This document shows, one piece after another, positions 55,124 to 64,000 of a stretch of 64,000 nucleotides of DNA (position 1 is the first letter of the stretch; each line of letters starts with the position of its first letter). Location: the sequence record NZ_CP027239.1; one strand, given 5' to 3'. A model generated the notes under the pieces. That model did no database searches and was not told where the DNA came from. It saw only the letters and a program-made list of their open reading frames with translations. The position numbers were made by a program, and so were the translations under genes. The stretch is from a plasmid.

Positions 55124-55783
55124 ATGCCTACTGCCTCCGCTGACCAGCCGTCGCTGCTGACCAGCCGCAAAGCCGCGGCCGAGTGGTGGCTCGACACCGC
55201 TGGCCGTGCCGCGCTGACCATCGCCGACGCCCGGCGCCCCGCCGCTGTGCTGATCGCACCCGACGGTGATGTCGTGGTCGACGGTTCACCGCGGACGGAA
55301 AAGCGCCGGCCCCGCAATCTCAAGGTCCCCCAGAAGTACGTCAAGAGCCTCGCCGGCACCGACGAAGGCACCTGGCGGGCCGCCCACGCTGTGGCCGCGT
55401 CCCGCTGGTCCACCCGCCGCGACTCCATCCCCACCTTCACCATCCTGCTGACCGTGATGGCCCTGAGCATCGCGACCACCACCAGCGCTGGAAGCATCCC
55501 CACGATCGCCGGGTGGATCGCCGCAGCAGCGTGCGCCGCGATCGCAGTGGCCATCGCTGTGCACTCCCGGCGCAGCGCCGTGACCATCGTCCAGACCAGC
55601 GACCAGCAGGCCACCCGCATTGCCGGCATCGACGCCGCCCGCGCGGTGTTGGGAGACAACGAGGACCAGGAGCTCTACAAGACTGCGTTGCACCAATGGC
55701 GAGCAGAGCGTGATCCGATGCGGCCACGCAATCGTCTCACCAGGCTCGAGGAGTCGCTCGCCGGCGCCAGCGCGGAGGAGTGA
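55124..55783 (+). CDS. Membrane protein (219 aa, two TM helices)
   Basis: GGGAGAGAA before ATG 55124. Hydrophobic stretch IPTFTILLTVMALSIATT..IAGWIAAAACAAIAVAIAV. Confidence 0.5.
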   Translation: MPTASADQPSLLTSRKAAAEWWLDTAGRAALTIADARRPAAVLIAPDGDVVVDGSPRTEKRRPRNLKVPQKYVKSLAGTDEGTWRAAHAVAASRWSTRRDSIPTFTILLTVMALSIATTTSAGSIPTIAGWIAAAACAAIAVAIAVHSRRSAVTIVQTSDQQATRIAGIDAARAVLGDNEDQELYKTALHQWRAERDPMRPRNRLTRLEESLAGASAEE

Positions 55784-56331
55784 TGAGCGCCGGCCGGAAT
55801 GCTGGGTCGTCCCTGCTGGACCGAGTGACCACGGTCAATGAGGACGGTCAGCGGCAGCTGGCACCGTTTGTGATGCCTCTGTTCGTGATCGTCGTGCTCA
55901 GTTTCATTCTGCTGTTCACCCTGGGCCGGTGCGCTGTCGACACCGTTCACTCCATCACTGAGGAGCCCGAGCAGCGCCCGATGGTGACCCCGTCGTTTGA
56001 GCTCCCCGCGCCCCGCGGCTGCGGCGAAGTCAGTGACACCGTGATGGCCGCTATCGAGCAGGAGCTGCGGGATCCACGCATGCGGGTGGCGCGCGCGTAC
56101 TCGCACGAGCGTGACGATGGGGTGCAGGCGATCGGGGTGACGATTCAGCGGGACGATCGCGCGATCCAGGCGGTCGCAGCGATCTTCGCAGCCGACCACA
56201 CCGGCAAGCTGTTCTCCCTGTCATCGGATGCGCGGCAGATGTCGCGGTTGCCAGACGGTCGAGAGACGCTGCGGATGACCCCGGTCGACGATGAGGCGCA
56301 GATAGTGAACTCGTGCCTGCGGGACCAGTGA
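55780..56331 (+). CDS. Membrane protein (183 aa, one TM helix)
   Basis: ATGA start/stop overlap with the preceding gene. TM helix LAPFVMPLFVIVVLSFILLFTL. Confidence 0.5.
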   Translation: MMSAGRNAGSSLLDRVTTVNEDGQRQLAPFVMPLFVIVVLSFILLFTLGRCAVDTVHSITEEPEQRPMVTPSFELPAPRGCGEVSDTVMAAIEQELRDPRMRVARAYSHERDDGVQAIGVTIQRDDRAIQAVAAIFAADHTGKLFSLSSDARQMSRLPDGRETLRMTPVDDEAQIVNSCLRDQ

Positions 56332-56436
56332 CACACGCGGGCAGCACGCCCGTTCCGTCACCGTGACGTTAGGGCAGGTCAGCGTGGGGACTGGACGTGC
56401 TGCCGCTTCTGCTGGGGGCTCGTCGCCGCTCTCGCA

Positions 56437-57033
56437 CTACTCCAGTTCGGAGGCCGGCACGTCGCTCATCAGCGTGTCGACCGGTTCAACAACCCCGTCA
56501 GAGACAGGGTCGGAGTCGGCAGTGGGGGCTTCGATCTCGCCGCGTCGAGTCAGTACTCGCCAGGCCCGCTGGGCACGGGGCTTAGCTTCTTCTTCTGCCC
56601 AGCGGCGCACGCGCGGCCTGGTCGCAACGGCGGCTCCACCGACGAGGACTAGCGCCGTCACCCCGAGCGCGACCGGGGCCCAGGAGCGGGAGTGCGGCGG
56701 CATCTCCGCCTGACCCTCGAACTCACCCTCGACGTCGATCAGCTCGACAGGTTCGCCACTTGAACCGGCATCGGAGGCGGAAGCTGCGATGTCGGCGTTG
56801 AGGGCCTCGGCGATGCTCTCGTCCCACGTTCGGACGGTCCAGGCGCGGTTGTAAGACTGGTAGCCGCCGGTTCCACGCTCGTAGTAGGTCTCTGAACCGA
56901 ACTGCTTGCCCTTGTCGGTCAAGCCGTAGTCGCCGGGCCCTCCGTCCAGGTATCCGTGCTCGAAAAGAAGCGCATTCATCTCGCGCGCCGTCTTTCCCAT
57001 GCCTCTACCGATGTCCTGAGCGGATCTTCCCAT
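56437..57033 (-). CDS. Hypothetical protein (198 aa) with a C-terminal TM segment
   Basis: Single long ORF. The N-terminal coding region is locally AT-richer. Confidence 0.45.
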   Translation of the reverse strand: MGRSAQDIGRGMGKTAREMNALLFEHGYLDGGPGDYGLTDKGKQFGSETYYERGTGGYQSYNRAWTVRTWDESIAEALNADIAASASDAGSSGEPVELIDVEGEFEGQAEMPPHSRSWAPVALGVTALVLVGGAAVATRPRVRRWAEEEAKPRAQRAWRVLTRRGEIEAPTADSDPVSDGVVEPVDTLMSDVPASELE

Positions 57034-57139
57034 AAAGAAATAGTACTCGTACGCGATGGGGAGCCCAGCGGTTCACCTCGCGCGAGCGCCCGGCGCGAGT
57101 CGGCGGCAGCCACCGACACCGCCAGCTACGCTGGAAGCC

Positions 57140-57380
57140 TGCCAGAATGACGGCACGGCACTGACACCGGACGGGCACGCTGACAATCTTGTCGGCAGCC
57201 AGGATGGCACACCGAAGCGACGTTGCCGCTGCTAGTCCTGCCCCTTTGATGGATAATGTTTATTATCCATCACGCTGCTGACCCTTCCCGAGATGCCGTC
57301 GGGCCGCCACCGTGTCGGTTGCCAAACAGTTTGTCAGTTTGCCAAACCGGTGTCAGCAGCGTGCCACGAGTTTGTCAGTG
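57140..57380. promoter_or_regulatory. Low-GC non-coding region with a perfect palindrome TGATGGATAAT-gttt-ATTATCCATCA flanked by two forward and three reverse CTGACA(A/C)(A/C) repeats; origin-, centromere- or att-like
   Basis: Palindrome at 57248..57272. CTGACAcc at 57152 and CTGACAat at 57171 are forward. GTTTGTCAG at 57328 and 57369 and GGTGTCAG at 57349 are reverse. TTGCCAAAC occurs twice. Confidence 0.4.
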
Positions 57381-58399
57381 GTGGCTGCAAGTCTGGCAAG
57401 CAATACGGCGCGGATGTAGCGTCCCCGATCGAGCTAGCGACCTGTTGAGTTCGACGCAAGAGTCGGATCTGTCTTCCCCTGACCGCGCGATGCCCTCAAT
57501 CTTCTTGACGAGCCGCCAATCCATTCCCTTTTCAGGATCGGTAGACGGATACGCGCCGCGCCTACGGAGAAAGGGCACGGCGGCCCTGGCTATTTCTTGA
57601 CGCCGCTGAGGTTCTTCTTGATGAGAATCTGGGCTACAAGGTGTCCAGACCCGCCGTTGAGTCCGGCGCCGGGGTGCGTGGAGGCACCGACGTGCCAGAC
57701 TCGGGGCACGTGCGTCTGGTGCGAGGCGTGCGGCAGTGGTCGCCATAGGAGGTTCTGGTCCAGCTCCGACGAACCGCTGTACGGGTCGCCCTTGACGGCA
57801 TTGGGGTTAGCTGCGGCCAGCTCCGGTGGAGTGATGGTGTCGATTTTGAGGATGGTAGAGGTCAAGCCTGGCGCGTGCTCCTCGAGCCTGTTCAGGACGC
57901 GGTCAACATAGGCTGCGGTCGTTTCTTGTGACCAGGTGCCGTCGACATCGATGGTTCCTCCGGCGTCGCCACGCGGTTGCCAGGGTGCTTCCTGCAGTTG
58001 AAGCCAGAGGGCACCTTTGCCTTCGGGCACACGGTCCGGATCCAGGATCTGCTGGCGGCCGACAACGATTGTCGGTTCGGTGGGAAGGAGGCCGGCGTCA
58101 GCTTGCGCGCATGCGATTCCGGTGCTCGCCGAGCCATCGCTGACGTGAACGAGTGGAACGTCGGAAAGTCGTTCGTCCGCGAACTTCAGGGGCCGGTCCA
58201 GGGCGACATGAATTTGGATGGCCGCCCGACCGTACCGGTACTGCTGTGCTTCTCGCTGGATTCTCGGTGGGACGTCACTGAGCAGCGTCCCGTACAGTGC
58301 TTGCGGTGTGACGCTGGCGAGTACAGCGTGACGTGCGCTCACTAGCTGTACTGACCACGGACGTTGTGTCACTGGTCGGCATGGCGGGCTGACATAAGG

Positions 58400-59450
58400 A
58401 AGACCTCCGTGTGAGGTGTGAAAGCGACAAAGCAACCACACTCACAACGGAGGTCTTCATGTCCCACGGTAACGCCCCGCTGACTCCGACGGGCAGGCTG
58501 CGTCTGGCCCGGTGTGTCGTCGAGGACGGCTGGACCCGTGTCCGTGCTGCCGAGCGGTTCAACGTCTCGGTGGGCACCGTGCGCAAGTGGGTCAACCGGT
58601 ATCGCGAGTACGGCAAGGACGGCATGGTCGATCGCTCCAGCCGGCCCCACCACAGCCCGGGCCGGACACCGCGGCGGCGGGAGCGGCGGGTGATCGGCCT
58701 GCGCGTGTCCCGCCGGTGGGGGCCGGCCCGGATTGCCTACCACCTGGGCATGCAGCCCTCGACCGTGCACAAGATCCTGTCCCGCTACGGCTGTCTGCGC
58801 CTGTCGTTCACCGACCCGGCCACCGGCGCCCCGGTGCGTGCCGGCAAGCGGCAGGTGCGCCGCTACGAGCACGAGGCACCGGGCGATCTGGTGCACGTGG
58901 ACATCAAGAAGCTCGGCCGCATCCCCGATGGCGGTGGTCACAAGGTCCTCGGCAGAGCCAAGGGAAAGCGCAACAGCAAGCGTCGAATGGGCTACTGGTA
59001 CATCCACAACGCTGTCGATGACCACTCGAGGCTGGCTTATAGCGAGCTGCTGGAAGATGAGCGCAAGGAGACCGCGGCCGAGTTCTGGAAGCGGGCCGAG
59101 GCCTTCTTCGCCGATGCCGGTATCACCGTGCGCCGGGTCCTGACCGACAACGGCAGCTGCTACCGCTCCCATGCCTTCGCCGACGCCCTCGGAACCGAGG
59201 TCACGCACAAGCGCACTCGCCCGTACCGGCCGCAGACCAACGGCAAAGTCGAGCGCTACAACCGCACGATGCTCGAGGAATGGGCCTACGCCGAACCCTA
59301 TTCCTGCGAAGCCGACCGCGCGGCACGTCTACCGGCCTTCCTGCACCACTACAATTTCCACCGCGGCCACACCGCGCTAAGAGGCGCCTCACCCGCAGAC
59401 CGCGTACACAACCTGCGTGGACAGTACAACTAGCCCTTTGTCGGTAACGA
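58400..59450 (+). mobile_element. IS481-family insertion sequence (about 1.0 kb)
   Basis: Single DDE transposase ORF flanked by short inverted CGACAAAG(C/G) cores at 58425 and 59444. Interrupts the oxidoreductase gene. Exact ends and target-site duplication are not resolved. Confidence 0.7.
58459..59433 (+). CDS. IS481-family DDE transposase
   Basis: Start MSHGNAPLTPTGRLRL, two N-terminal HTHs, and catalytic DIKKLG .. LTDNGSCY .. QTNGKVERYNRTM. Confidence 0.85.
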   Translation: MSHGNAPLTPTGRLRLARCVVEDGWTRVRAAERFNVSVGTVRKWVNRYREYGKDGMVDRSSRPHHSPGRTPRRRERRVIGLRVSRRWGPARIAYHLGMQPSTVHKILSRYGCLRLSFTDPATGAPVRAGKRQVRRYEHEAPGDLVHVDIKKLGRIPDGGGHKVLGRAKGKRNSKRRMGYWYIHNAVDDHSRLAYSELLEDERKETAAEFWKRAEAFFADAGITVRRVLTDNGSCYRSHAFADALGTEVTHKRTRPYRPQTNGKVERYNRTMLEEWAYAEPYSCEADRAARLPAFLHHYNFHRGHTALRGASPADRVHNLRGQYN

Positions 59451-60802
59451 CTCCGGTAGCCTGCTGGTCGGCCACGGTGATGGATTCAGCAGTTCTGCCG
59501 GTCATCACCGTTACTCCGAGCTCGGCGAACAGGCTCTCGAAGGCGGCCACGAAGTTTCCTGCGCCGCCAGCCACGATGGGCAGACCAAATCCGTGCATCG
59601 TGGCGGCGAGGACCGGGATCATCATCCCGCCGGAAGCGTTGTCGGGCGACATCCCGGCGTGCAGTAGCCATGGCGCCCAGATTTGGTCCGCTTCGGTACC
59701 GTTGAACCGTGCCCTTGTGAATGACCGCCCGCTGGTCAGTGCGTCGCGGGCGAGCATTTCAACACCGTCGAGTTTCTGCTTGCGCAGTGCATCGAAACCC
59801 AGCTTCGCAAGGGTCTTCTTCGATCGCAGGTCTGACCCGAGGGCCCCGAACACTGTGCCTGAGCGTGCCCCCATCTCATCCAGCATCGCCACGTACGCAT
59901 CTTGGTCGTGGGCTTCGGCGAACCCTTCGGCCGTGCGCTGGGGGTCTCGATAAGCGACCGAGGTAAGGTCGCGGGCGACGCTCCCAGTGAGGGCAGCGTC
60001 GGTGTTTCGATACTCGAGTCCGTGCGCATGGAGTTTGTCGCCGATTGCGGCGTAGGCGCCGCCGGAGACGAAAAGCGGATGCCAAGAAGAATAGATGTCA
60101 TGTTCATATCCGGGCAGCGTTCGTTCGCCTGAGGCAATGAATCCACCTAGATTCTCATTGCGTTCAATGATCGCTACACGCCAGCCAGCCAAACCGAGCT
60201 CGGCGGCCGCGACGAGGCCATTTACGCCAGATCCGATCACAACTGCGTCAAAAGGTTCCATGATCTGTGCTCTCGCTTCCACTCGTTCCGCTGGCTCCAG
60301 GCTGCGTGTTGCAACCTCGGGCTGACTCTCCTTGGCGACGTCGGAGCGCCTGTTGAATCAGGCGGGCTGAGCACTCGACATGTGATGGGTACCGTTCAAC
60401 CGCTCGTGCCCGACGCGTGTTCGATTGCTGATCGTCAAGTGCAGGAGTTCTGTGTTCAATGATCGGGCACCGGCGGCGTTCCCGCGGTCGATTTCGTGCA
60501 TCGGGTCGGTCTTCGGCGGAAAGTGGCCGGAGCGCCGCGGAATTTGGCTGTGACGCGCATCTCCAGGGATCCTAACGTGAGATGCAGCGCACTGGCCTGC
60601 GGGTTTAAGAGGAGCCGAGTTCGGTCAGAAGAAGCTATTCCTGATTATGCAGACGGTGAAACACCGCATAGGAGGAATTGGCCATGGCAAAAGTGCCTAC
60701 CGCACGCAGTGATCATCGCTCTCTGGCACCGAGGAACGGCAGTCGCTCGCGGCGTCGCGGTCGCGGACCACTTGGTGGACCGTCCGCTGTGTGCCTGGGT
60801 GC

Positions 60803-61120
60803 TCAGTAAGCGGCGCCGAGCTCAATTAGGAGTACGCCGCCGACAATGAGGATGACGCCGAGCCCCATCAACCAGGTAAGGGGCTCCCTGAACAGGAAAC
60901 GGCTGATGATCGCCGTCAACGCCACCCCAGAGGCGGCCCAAATTCCGTAGGCGACACCGAGAGCCATGCCGGCGGCCAACGCCAACGACAGCATCGTGAA
61001 CGCCAGTAAGTACCCGACGGCCACGCCCGCGTACCAGAGCTTTTTGTCCACAGCGATGCGCAGTGAGATAGTGCCGAACACCTCAAATGCGATGGCGGCG
61101 ATGAGAAAGAGCCAGGTCAT
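60803..61120 (-). CDS. SMR-family small multidrug efflux protein (subunit 2 of a paired SMR)
   Basis: Four-TM 105-aa protein MTWLFLIAAIAFEVFGT with the conserved Glu in TM1. Overlaps the upstream SMR gene by 4 nt. Confidence 0.8.
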   Translation of the reverse strand: MTWLFLIAAIAFEVFGTISLRIAVDKKLWYAGVAVGYLLAFTMLSLALAAGMALGVAYGIWAASGVALTAIISRFLFREPLTWLMGLGVILIVGGVLLIELGAAY

Positions 61121-61482
61121 CGGGCCACCTCGCCCTTCTTGTTCTTGTGTCCCATCTGGGCGCCGAGTTCCACACACAGCACTCCACCGATTACGACGAC
61201 GGTGCCGATACTCATCAGCGTGGTCAGCGGCTCATTGAAAAACACCATCGACAACAATGCCGTCAACGCGACCCCGGATGCGCCCCAAATACCGTAGGCG
61301 ACACCAAGGGCCATTCCTGTGCGCAGTACCAGAGCCAGGAACACGAACGCCCCCACATAGCCGATCACGACGACCGCATAGAGAGCAGGCGCATTAAGCG
61401 CGGCCTTCAGTGACAGCGATCCCGCGACCTCCAATAGGATCGCGCCGACCAGCAACAGCCACCCCTTCGCTTGTCGGCTCAC
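61117..61482 (-). CDS. SMR-family small multidrug efflux protein (subunit 1 of a paired SMR)
   Basis: LLLVGAILLEVAGSLSLKAA is EmrE-like, with a basic C-terminal tail. 4-nt overlap with the tetR-like gene. Confidence 0.8.
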   Translation of the reverse strand: MSRQAKGWLLLVGAILLEVAGSLSLKAALNAPALYAVVVIGYVGAFVFLALVLRTGMALGVAYGIWGASGVALTALLSMVFFNEPLTTLMSIGTVVVIGGVLCVELGAQMGHKNKKGEVAR

Positions 61483-62006
61483 TTTGCCCCACCTTCGTCC
61501 AGCAATCTCATCGCAGCCGAATACACTGCGTCTTCCTCATCCCCGCGAACCGCCTGAATGCCAAGTCCTTTGTTGAACCACGCCCCGTCAGCCAGGAGCC
61601 TGGCGGCCCGCAGCGCACCACGCTGCCGGGGTGTCCCTGTGATCTCGGTCCCGAACCACGGGTCCATGCGTTGCGTCCACTGGGCTGCCAGCATTTCCCT
61701 CAGTCGGACGTCGACCAGCAGCGCAAGGTCGCTCTGGTCGAACTCTCCCGTCACCGCGTGCTCCACGTAGGCTCGCAATCTTTCGGCTGGGCTGCTGTCC
61801 TCTCCTGCCTGCTTGCGCAGCACTGTCAACCACCGATCTGCGATCCGGTCCACCACCGCCAGCACCAATGCCTCCTTAGTTTCAAAGTGGTGCACTACCC
61901 CTGGCTTCGTCAGGCCAGCCTCGCGCGCAACAGCATCGATCGCGAACGGCTCACCACGGCGCAGCACTTCGATCGCATCATCAAGAATCTCCGGTTTCGT
62001 GGCCAT
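61479..62006 (-). CDS. TetR-family transcriptional regulator
   Basis: HTH signature AVAREAGLTKPGVVHHFETKEAL. Operon-like arrangement with the SMR pair. Confidence 0.85.
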   Translation of the reverse strand: MATKPEILDDAIEVLRRGEPFAIDAVAREAGLTKPGVVHHFETKEALVLAVVDRIADRWLTVLRKQAGEDSSPAERLRAYVEHAVTGEFDQSDLALLVDVRLREMLAAQWTQRMDPWFGTEITGTPRQRGALRAARLLADGAWFNKGLGIQAVRGDEEDAVYSAAMRLLDEGGAK

Positions 62007-62154
62007 GCCACCACCCTACCGACCATATGGTAGGTCAGAGAGCTTCGACCGTCGTGGGCTCCAGATAGCCGGGTCGGAGTCGCTGTTGAGGATCGTCCAA
62101 CGCGACAGCGATCCTCTGCTCGTGGACAGAAACGCGATCCGACAATGAGCCGAC

Positions 62155-63171
62155 TCAGGTGCCGTTGTGAGTCTCCCCGGCGCGGAGGTTCTCGTGTGGG
62201 GTGGCGCCGAACTGGCGGCGGTAGTCCGCAGAGAATCTCCCGTAGTTGTAGAACCCCCAGCGAGCGGCGACGGCCGTAGCGGTTGTGTCATGTGGGGAGG
62301 ACTGGATGAGTTCGTGGCGGGCTCGCTCCAGGCGGACCCGGTGTCGGTATCGCATTGGCGTTGTGCCGACATGGCGGGTGAACCCGTCTTGGAGTGCACG
62401 GACGCTCAACGCCACTTCGCGGGCGAGATCGGAGACGGATGCGTACTCGAGCGGATTCTCCTCCAGTGCCTCGACGGCCGCGCGGATCGGTCGGGGGCCG
62501 GTGAAGCCAGATGGCGCAGCGAGCGCTTCTGTGTAGTTGCTCGGGATGGAATGGATCAGACTGCTGACGGCCATTCGACTGAGGTGGTGTGCAGTTCGCG
62601 CGCGCTCCAGGACGCTGGCCTGTCCAAGTTCCATGCGGAGCAGGGTCATTATCGATTCCAACGCGCGAAAGGTGCCGACTGGGGGGTGGGGGTCGAACCG
62701 AATCGGTTTGAGCACTGTCCGCCCGAGGGTTTGTGCGATCTCGTCATGGACCAGCTGTGGGGCAAACCGCAGGGACGTCGCACTAGTGTCACTGAAGTAG
62801 TCGACGGCCGCGTCTTCCCCCGCAGAGACGACCACGCACTGGTGGCCCTCGGTGGCGATCTCCCGGCCGCCGAGTCGCGAGACAACCTGGCCGGTCGTGG
62901 AGATTAAGACGCTGTAGAAGGGGTTCTCTGGCAGGAGCATGGACGCGGTCGAGATGGAGAAGTTAGCGAACCACAGTCCAGGAAGCTGATGCTCTTGGAA
63001 CCGGACATCAACGACCCTGTTCAGCGGCGGTGAGTCGACCCGCGCGTCTGGGTAGACCTGGCTGAGCCGGGTGGACAACTCCGCAGGATCGCTTGTGGTG
63101 ACTGTCACTTCGGTCGGTGTGGGGGTGTTGTCGGCCGTCGAGGTCAGATGGGCATTCATGGTGCGCGTCAC
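62155..63171 (-). CDS. AraC/XylS-family transcriptional regulator
   Basis: C-terminal double HTH ..LSVRALQDGFTRHVGTTPMRYRHRVRLERARHEL..AVAARWGFYNYGRFSADYRRQFGATP. Confidence 0.8.
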   Translation of the reverse strand: MTRTMNAHLTSTADNTPTPTEVTVTTSDPAELSTRLSQVYPDARVDSPPLNRVVDVRFQEHQLPGLWFANFSISTASMLLPENPFYSVLISTTGQVVSRLGGREIATEGHQCVVVSAGEDAAVDYFSDTSATSLRFAPQLVHDEIAQTLGRTVLKPIRFDPHPPVGTFRALESIMTLLRMELGQASVLERARTAHHLSRMAVSSLIHSIPSNYTEALAAPSGFTGPRPIRAAVEALEENPLEYASVSDLAREVALSVRALQDGFTRHVGTTPMRYRHRVRLERARHELIQSSPHDTTATAVAARWGFYNYGRFSADYRRQFGATPHENLRAGETHNGT

Positions 63172-63281
63172 CCTTGATTGGAGTGATGAGTATCACGCAT
63201 CAGTGTAGTCGCGGGTGTCGCCGCCATCAGGTGACTGGCCTCCCTTTGTTAAACGGGCAGGCCGCGGGACTGCCCGGGGTG

Positions 63282-64000
63282 TCACCGCGGCAGCCGTTTC
63301 CGGCGGGGGAGGGTAGTGCCTCGGACTAGTTGTTCCGCCGAGCGCTGGCCAGATACCGCGTTGACCCCTGCACCTGGCCACGTCGATGCGCCGGCGAGGT
63401 AGAGCCCGTCTATTGGCGTGCGGTAGCGCGACAGTGACATCGAGGGCCGCATGCCGATGAACTGGTCGAGGTGATGGCTGCCCGAGACCGAGTCCCCGCC
63501 GTGGAGGTTGGCGTTGCCGGATTGCAGGTCGCTAGGGCTCTCCGCCGCATGTCCGATGACTGACTCAGTGACTCCGGGAGCGTAACGTTCGAGTTTCTCC
63601 AGGATTCGCTGGACGAACGGCTCGGTCGCTTCGTCCCACGACCGGCCGGTGAGGTCGCCACCGGCGCCGTGCGGATTCGCGTCACCGGTGATCTCAGCGG
63701 GGACCATCCGGACTTGAATCCACACCGCGTGAAGCCGATCGTCCTCGCTGGTGTTGCGGCTCGGGTCGACGGTACTTGTTTGTCCGACCACTAACAGCGG
63801 TTCGTCAGGAAGAACCCCGGCGAGGGCCTGTTGGTAGGTGCGGGCCATGTCGTCGACGTAGGGCCCAAGATGCACGTAGGCCGAGTCCGCGAGACGACTG
63901 TCTTGCCATGGAATCGGACCCGAGAGTGCAAGGTGAAGCATGAAGGTCCCGGGCCCAAAGCGGAAGTTGTCGGCGGCGAGAGCCATCGAGGAAGGCACCG
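63282..64000 (-). CDS. FAD-dependent oxidoreductase (CrtI-like), C-terminal part; the gene continues beyond the window end
   Basis: C-terminal LYLAGASTWPGAGVNAVSGQ motif. Paralogous to the IS-disrupted gene at 57590..60282. Frame is open to nt 64000. Confidence 0.65.
   Translation of the reverse strand, partial: VPSSMALAADNFRFGPGTFMLHLALSGPIPWQDSRLADSAYVHLGPYVDDMARTYQQALAGVLPDEPLLVVGQTSTVDPSRNTSEDDRLHAVWIQVRMVPAEITGDANPHGAGGDLTGRSWDEATEPFVQRILEKLERYAPGVTESVIGHAAESPSDLQSGNANLHGGDSVSGSHHLDQFIGMRPSMSLSRYRTPIDGLYLAGASTWPGAGVNAVSGQRSAEQLVRGTTLPRRKRLPR

Larger units (their letters stand above)
57590..60282 (-). pseudogene. FAD-dependent oxidoreductase (phytoene-desaturase/CrtI-like) disrupted by an IS481-family insertion
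   Basis: N-terminal fragment 60282..59445 carries the Rossmann motif DAVVIGSGVNGLVAAAELGLAG. C-terminal fragment 58423..57590 carries VWHVGASTHPGAGLNGGSGHLVAQ. The fragments together code about 557 aa. Confidence 0.7.

Noticed and set aside
60380-60480. tRNA-like GTTCGATT segment in the lower-GC gap upstream of the SMR genes.
   Set aside because: No cloverleaf can be built. Acceptor and T-arm complementarity are absent.

Overview
This window is high-GC (roughly 65-70%) actinobacterial DNA with almost no non-coding gaps. Positions 1 to about 57,000 read as the interior of a mobile replicon: a conjugative plasmid, phage-plasmid, or integrative element. Transfer is represented by a TraB-type FtsK/SpoIIIE translocase with an N-terminal membrane anchor, a second anchor-less FtsK-like motor paralog 35 kb away, and a DUF932-like protein. 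Replication and recombination genes are phage-like: DnaG primase, DnaB helicase, SSB, a partial UvrD-like helicase, an SbcD(Mre11-like)/SbcC(Rad50-like) pair, a RusA-like resolvase, and a YqaJ-type exonuclease fused to a DnaQ-type 3'-5' exonuclease. Accessory and surface genes include an mIHF homolog, a long WhiB-like regulator, an ArsR regulator, an actin-like (ParM-type) ATPase, a HerA-like HAS-barrel ATPase, a MoxR AAA+/VWA pair, a 900-aa zinc-knuckle protein, and several secreted or membrane proteins. The secreted set includes a 1,214-aa cutinase-like protein with Gly-rich LPxTG-like tandem repeats. No capsid, tail, integrase or relaxase gene is recognisable. The strongest unexplained signals are non-coding. 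Two short DNA motifs recur only in intergenic regions in front of genes. Motif 1 (CATCGGAATC..CTGC) occurs six times, 15-40 nt upstream of start codons. Motif 2 (core GGCATGACC) occurs eight times. A four-repeat type I-E-like CRISPR mini-array sits upstream of ssb with no cas genes in the window. A low-GC, origin- or att-like region at about 57,100-57,400 has a perfect 11-bp palindrome flanked by opposed CTGACA repeats. The right-hand 6.5 kb looks like cargo or host DNA: an FAD-dependent (CrtI-like) oxidoreductase split by an IS481-family insertion, a TetR regulator with paired SMR efflux genes, an AraC regulator, and a second partial CrtI-like paralog. Many ORFs in the six-frame track are antisense or out-of-frame shadows typical of high-GC DNA and are not reported.
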